Shown piece after piece: positions 59,701 through 64,000 of a DNA stretch of 64,000 nt (position 1 is its first letter; every line of letters begins with the position of its first letter). The translations under genes and the position numbers were made by a program. Location: assembly GCA_030651035.1 (NCBI GenBank), contig JAUSCK010000173.1:4177-68176 (forward strand), given 5' to 3'. The notes under the pieces are model-generated. The model was not told the origin of the DNA, did not search any database, and was given only the letters and a program-made list of their open reading frames with translations. The stretch comes from Elusimicrobiota bacterium (GTDB lineage: Bacteria > Elusimicrobiota > Elusimicrobia > Elusimicrobiales > UBA9959).

Positions 59701-62224
59701 TGAAAGTTTCGCCTCGACCATAGGGTACTTTGTAAACCCGCTGGTTATCCGCAGCCGGCCCTCTTCGGAAATACGGTTTAAAGATTATCTGGGCCAGGTT
59801 AAAGATCTTGTCAGCGGAGCTCTGGCAAATGCCGATATCCCGATACAGGGGCTTGTCGAGCGTTTGTCAATAACGCGCGATCCCGCGATACCACAGCTGT
59901 TCCAGACGATCTTCACGCTGAAGCGCGCGCACCGTCTTGCGAATGTCGACGGTTTTATCGCCGGAGATCCCAAGGTCGTCACTAAGATCGGGGATCTCAC
60001 GCTGCGGTATTATCCGCTGCCGTGCCTCGGCTCCCAGGTCGATCTCTCGATGACGGTGGTCGAAGCTGATAACACGTTTTCCATACATATCGAATTCAAC
60101 CCGGAGCTGTTCAATGAAGCTACGATAAGAAGGTTCGGCCGACACTACGGCATGATCCTGCGTTCGATAGTCGCGGACCCCGCCGCAAGGCTCGGGCAAC
60201 TCGCGCTCATGGACAAGGAGGAGAGGGCTTTTGTGGGCGGTTCTACGGTTCTTCCCAAAAGCGAGCGGCAAGGCTGCCTCCATACTTTATTCGAACGGCA
60301 GGCGGGCGTTCAGCCTGCCGCTGCGGCGCTTCGCTCTCCGGGGGTAGAGCTGACCTATTCGGAATTGAACGGCCGGGCCAATCGTATGGCTCATTGCCTG
60401 CTTAAGCTGCGGCTGAACAGAGCGCGGCCAGTCGTCGTTATGACCGACGACCAGGTATTCCAGATCGAAACTATTTTAGGAACTCTAAAGGCCGGGCACT
60501 TTTTTCTTTGCCTGGACCCTGCCCACCCCCCTTTGCGGATCGACCAGATCTTTTCAGCTTCCGCACCGGCGGTAATAGTGGCGGACCGGGCCGCGTTCGA
60601 CCTGCACAGATCAGTTTTTGACGGTCAGATAAGAAATGGCTGCAAAGTGGTGGTGCTGGGTGTTAAGATAGAGGTCATATCGAATGATCCCGCATCTGAT
60701 ATTTATGACAGAAGCGAATTCCCAACGGGGGATCCTGACTGCGGGATAACCGAGACTTCGCCCGCTTACCTGGTTTACACCTCGGGGTCAACGGGTGCCC
60801 CGAAAGGAATTGTTCAGTCGCACCGTTCATTTGTGCAGTTCCTTAATTGGCAGATCCGCACGTTCGGAATGCGGAAAGGCGAGCGGATAGCTAATTGGTC
60901 TTCTATCGTCTACGACGCCTCCTATTGCGAGATCTTCGGGGCCCTGGGGTCCGGAGCGGCGCTTTGCATGACGTCCCCCTCCGTCCGGTATAACCCGATA
61001 GAGCTTCTTCGCTGGATCCATAAGGAACAAATTTCAATATTCCAGACCGTGCCGAGCTTTTTCAGCTCCATTCTCCAGACAATTGAGAATGAATCAGCGG
61101 CTGACCGGCAATTCGAAAGCCTGAAGCATATTATGCTTGCGGGGGAAGAACTTCGCTCCGATCTAATCCGGGCCTGGCGGCGCAGGTTCGGTCATAAAAC
61201 AGCGCTTTGGAACCTGTATGGCCCTACTGAGAGCGTCCTCGCCACTTATTATCCCGTGAAAGATATTCAGCCTAATCAGTGGTCGGTCCCGATCGGCCGG
61301 GAGATCGAAGGCCGGCAGATCCTAATTATAGACCCCAGGGGGGAGCTCTGTCCTGTCGGTGTACCGGGAGAAATCTTTATCCGCAGCCAATATCTAGCCA
61401 TGGGCTATTTTAAGGACCCGGCCCGGACCGCTGATTCATTTCTGGCGAATCCGTTAACAAGCGACCTTAGCGACCTGGTTTTCCGAACCCGCGATTGCGC
61501 CAGGTGGCTGGAGGACGGGACGGTTGAATTCCGCGGCCGATCGGACGGGCAGCTGAAGATACGCGGCATGCGCGTGGAGACCGGTGAAATTGAAGCTCAA
61601 CTGAGCCGCTATCCCGGGGTTTCGGACGCGGCGGTCACCGCGGCCCGGGATGAAAGCGGCGAGTCCCGGCTTGTCGCCTACCTGGTCGCAACGGGGAAGG
61701 TCGATGCGCTCATGCTCAAAGAATTCCTGAGACCGGCGCTGCCCAGCTACATGCTGCCTGAATTTGTCATACAGCTTGAGCGGCTTCCCCGCACAGCGAC
61801 CAACAAGGTCGACAGGAGGGCCTTGCCGAAGCCTGATTTAAAACGACAAATTCATGACGGCCCCCCGGCGCAGCTGAACGAACTCGAGCAGCAGCTGGCA
61901 ACGATCTGGCGCGATCTGCTCAAAATAGATTCGTTTGATGTCCGGAATAGTTTTTTTGATCTCGGAGGACATTCTTTGCTGGCGACCCGTCTTATAAATA
62001 AAGTCCGCCTGGATTTTGGCGTGGAAATTTCACTCAAGGATTTCTTTTATCGGCCTACTTTTCAGGGGATGGCCGAAGCGATCCAGGTATTCCGGTCGGA
62101 ACAAACCGACAAGGGAAAAGCTCTGCTGGCCATTGTAGAGCAGATAGAAAGAATGTCCGATTCCGAGGTTCTGACCCGGCTTGAGCAAATCAGAATTAAT
62201 TCCAGAAGGAAGTCCACGGCATGA
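56786..62224 (+). CDS. Starter NRPS: FAAL-ACP-C-A-PCP
   Basis: LQFTSGSTG, WLPLYHDMGL, CYGLAEATL (FAAL); GLDSL; HHLVIDLWS; YTSGSTG; GGHSL; start reassigned to ATG 56786. Confidence 0.92.
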   Translation: MTDNKFRKHIGLIKGSKSLADIGRHYAKTQGSATAFTFLGKDDGDNQSLDYAAVDLRARAIAASLSCSMHKGERALLLYPPGLGFVEAFLGCIYAGIIAVPAYLPQKRKEHWQRLALISRTAEVRAVLTSRSVTSDWDKTPEIAAMFEACQLIATDSIGPSPASSWNYPDVEPTDLAFLQFTSGSTGDPKGVMVSHKALLSNELMIADSFGNDDGLVTAGWLPLYHDMGLIGNVLQPFCLGGHSVNMSPVSFLQSPITWLSMISKFGATTSGAPNFAYDLCVLRITDEQMSGLDLSKWTIAFNGAEPIRAETLKRFSEKFAPCGFSKESFFPCYGLAEATLLVSGGPVRREYRRLMLDGKALERNKIELSDTAGKDTRTLVSSGRVVPGQQLAIVDPEHLTRCPSRTVGEIWLKSPSAARGYWNQAEATRRTFQADIPGESGAHYLRTGDLGFIHENDLYISGRLKDMIIIRGRNIYPQDIEAAVQSSHPAFRAGGGAAFSIDHDNEEKLIIVQEVERTQARSLDKEGAARIIAQAIGEAFGIQVHDVMLIRHGTLVKTSSGKIEHRTCKRKYLESGLVLQYPKVVPPKIAETAPPPGDPLDQLRHMAASILKVRPESIDPSVSLIAYGLDSLATLAMQHALELEFTVKIPADKMFSGPSLNSIAELLALQAPAHPRKDSGDREPSEKAPRSAEDGQEPVRTGLALNQKALWTLYQLDPTSSAYNVAAAIRFDESLDEGRLKAAFYEVIRRHESLRAVFDATDDQPAQSFVQENPRAFSWVRVVNEAESFFSERIGLCAKEPFDLKSGPAFRATLFENIGHYSVMLISAHHLVIDLWSMVQIIEELAIIYSGGDLSGRPPPRPYADFVALSERRMKDPGFKAQWNYWEGQLSGPLPVLTLPTDRPRPRFQSFAGESIVLKVGADTAEKVNALAKKENCTPFTLLLAGYLALLHRYTGETDICVGCPTAGRPDESFASTIGYFVNPLVIRSRPSSEIRFKDYLGQVKDLVSGALANADIPIQGLVERLSITRDPAIPQLFQTIFTLKRAHRLANVDGFIAGDPKVVTKIGDLTLRYYPLPCLGSQVDLSMTVVEADNTFSIHIEFNPELFNEATIRRFGRHYGMILRSIVADPAARLGQLALMDKEERAFVGGSTVLPKSERQGCLHTLFERQAGVQPAAAALRSPGVELTYSELNGRANRMAHCLLKLRLNRARPVVVMTDDQVFQIETILGTLKAGHFFLCLDPAHPPLRIDQIFSASAPAVIVADRAAFDLHRSVFDGQIRNGCKVVVLGVKIEVISNDPASDIYDRSEFPTGDPDCGITETSPAYLVYTSGSTGAPKGIVQSHRSFVQFLNWQIRTFGMRKGERIANWSSIVYDASYCEIFGALGSGAALCMTSPSVRYNPIELLRWIHKEQISIFQTVPSFFSSILQTIENESAADRQFESLKHIMLAGEELRSDLIRAWRRRFGHKTALWNLYGPTESVLATYYPVKDIQPNQWSVPIGREIEGRQILIIDPRGELCPVGVPGEIFIRSQYLAMGYFKDPARTADSFLANPLTSDLSDLVFRTRDCARWLEDGTVEFRGRSDGQLKIRGMRVETGEIEAQLSRYPGVSDAAVTAARDESGESRLVAYLVATGKVDALMLKEFLRPALPSYMLPEFVIQLERLPRTATNKVDRRALPKPDLKRQIHDGPPAQLNELEQQLATIWRDLLKIDSFDVRNSFFDLGGHSLLATRLINKVRLDFGVEISLKDFFYRPTFQGMAEAIQVFRSEQTDKGKALLAIVEQIERMSDSEVLTRLEQIRINSRRKSTA

Positions 62225-62466
62225 AATTCCGGCTGCTCCAGGCAAGCTATGCGGGGGCAGATCTTTCCGACGGGGTCGCAGTTGCGGCCTTCTTCTGTTT
62301 GCTGGCGCAAAGCGGGAACTGTCATGCAGGCAGGCCGTCTTATAAGAGCCGGCACCCTTAACCTCCCTGAACAAGGATGACCCCGGACAAATTTGTTAAA
62401 ATCTAGAAGGCAGGAAGCTGCTGCAGCACTGCCCTGATTTTACACAGAACATCATCACAGAACAAA

Positions 62467-63987
62467 ATGACAATGACCTCGACCCACGTGATCACCGATA
62501 AGTTCTATACCCTTGACGAATTCAGGATGCTTTTGGAGACCAGGCCGAAATTATCCCTGGCGCCGGAGGTCCTCGCCGCGATCGACGCCGGCGCCCGGTT
62601 CGTAGAAAACAAGTCTAAAGAGGACATCCATATTTACGGCGTTAACACCGGGTATGGCTCTCTCTGCGAGACACGCGTCGCCCCGGATCAGCTGGACGCG
62701 CTTCAGTACAAACATGTAATGTCCCACGCCTGCGGCGTCGGTGAACCTGCCTCCGAAGAGGTTGTCCGCCTGATGCTCCTCATCAAGATCCTTACGTTCC
62801 GGACCGGGGTAACGGGTGTATCACGCGAACCGGTGGAGCGTTTTATCGAATTCTGGAACGCCGGCGTAATTCCCGTGGTCCCCAAAAAAGGGACTGTCGG
62901 TGCAAGCGGCGACCTTGCTCCGCTCGCCCATCTTGCTTTGCCTCTTTTAGGGCTTGGAAAAGTGCATTTCAAGGGTAAAGCAGTCGATTCGGCCGAGGTG
63001 CTGAAAATACACGGCTGGCGGCCTATCAAGCTTAAGCCTAAGGAAGGGCTGGCACTGACGAACGGAGTGCAATACATTAACGCTATGGCCATTCATAGCT
63101 TGCTCCGCATAGAGGAATATGTCCGAGCCGCCGATTTCCTCGCAGCCCTTAGCATACAGGGATTCAGCGCGTCCAAGACGTTCTATCAAAGCCTCTATAT
63201 TAAAACGTCTTTGCACCCGGAGAGATTGACGGTCGCCGAGAACCTCCAGTTCCTCCTTGAAGGCAGCAACCATTATGATCTGCCCACCTGCAATAAATCA
63301 AAGCAGGATCCTTATTCGTTCCGCTGTATTCCGCAGGTCCACGGCGCCATCCGGCAAACTTACGGACACGCGAAGCTGATCATGGAACGGGAGTGCAATG
63401 GCGTTTCCGATAATCCCCTCTTTTTCCCTGAACAGGGGGAGATACTTTTTGGCGGCCATCTTCACGGAGAGTCTACGGCCTTTGTTCTGGATTTTTTAGC
63501 GATCGCGCTCAGCGAGCTGTCCAATATTTCCGAGCGGCGTTCGTACCAGATGCTTTCCGGTCAGCGCGGCTTGCCCAGTTTTCTCATTCAAAATCCGGGT
63601 CTTGATTCCGGGTTAATGGTCGTGCAGTATTCCGCCGCGGCCCTCCTGAACGAGAATAAAGTCCTCTCAACACCGGCGAGCATTGATACGATTCCGACCT
63701 GCCAGCTGCAGGAGGATTCGGTCAGTATGGGAGGGACCGCGGGCTATAAGCTTTGGCAGATCGCCGAAAACTGTGAAGTCATCTTCGCGATAGAATTGCT
63801 CATCGCCTGCCAGGCCATTGACATGAACAAGGCGATAAAACTCTCGCCAAGGACCCGCGCAGCTCACGAAGCGTTTCGGAAAGTCGTGCCTTTTCTAAAC
63901 GAGGACAGGATCATGTCCGACGATATCGATAAGGCGAAAGAGTTTTTCGGCAAAATGCGCCGCGTGTGGCGCGATGAGCTCAAATGA
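62467..63987 (+). CDS. MIO-dependent aromatic amino acid ammonia-lyase/aminomutase
   Basis: YGVNTGYG, GASGDL (MIO), KEGLALTNG, QDPYSFRC. Confidence 0.9.
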   Translation: MTMTSTHVITDKFYTLDEFRMLLETRPKLSLAPEVLAAIDAGARFVENKSKEDIHIYGVNTGYGSLCETRVAPDQLDALQYKHVMSHACGVGEPASEEVVRLMLLIKILTFRTGVTGVSREPVERFIEFWNAGVIPVVPKKGTVGASGDLAPLAHLALPLLGLGKVHFKGKAVDSAEVLKIHGWRPIKLKPKEGLALTNGVQYINAMAIHSLLRIEEYVRAADFLAALSIQGFSASKTFYQSLYIKTSLHPERLTVAENLQFLLEGSNHYDLPTCNKSKQDPYSFRCIPQVHGAIRQTYGHAKLIMERECNGVSDNPLFFPEQGEILFGGHLHGESTAFVLDFLAIALSELSNISERRSYQMLSGQRGLPSFLIQNPGLDSGLMVVQYSAAALLNENKVLSTPASIDTIPTCQLQEDSVSMGGTAGYKLWQIAENCEVIFAIELLIACQAIDMNKAIKLSPRTRAAHEAFRKVVPFLNEDRIMSDDIDKAKEFFGKMRRVWRDELK

Positions 63988-64000
63988 GCGGCCTGGCAGG

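Noticed and set aside
62221..62361. 46-codon ORF overlapping the NRPS stop, possible MbtH or precursor peptide
   Set aside because: No MbtH Trp motifs or other recognisable signal
1..64000. tRNA, rRNA, transposase or integrase genes
   Set aside because: None recognised by eye; small RNAs could be missed without covariance searches

Overview
Bacterial accessory region with three parts; the host is not identifiable from sequence alone. (1) 1-20.6 kb is a minus-strand defence and DNA-repair island: PD-(D/E)xK nuclease, two HNH endonucleases, two DUF2075-type helicases, Schlafen/AlbA_2 protein, MazG-like protein, DUF4062 ATP-binding protein, sbcCD in several partly deleted copies, AAA ATPase, VIT-vWA/MerR pair and a RelE-type toxin-antitoxin pair. 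(2) 20.6-38 kb holds mixed genes and remnants (pgm, ssb, pxpB and a pxpA-pxpC fusion, proteases, TPR and MBL-fold proteins, an ftsA fragment). (3) 38-64 kb is a lipopeptide NRPS cluster with three NRPS genes (FAAL starter, N-methyltransferase, E and TE domains), an Ntn acylase and an MIO ammonia-lyase/aminomutase; it probably continues past the window. The most unusual signals are: five 138-147 nt multi-hairpin elements inserted in frame, without stops, into one DUF2075-S24 gene (four of one family with compensatory base changes, one of a second family); a palindrome CGACA-N6-TGTCR exactly 11 nt before the -10 box at eight promoters, suggesting a WYL-activator DNA-damage regulon; repeated in-frame hollowing of genes that preserves translational coupling; and NRPS features suggesting a beta-amino acid and a dehydroalanine- or beta-lactam-forming C domain. 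Domain calls are from motif recognition only; no searches were run.
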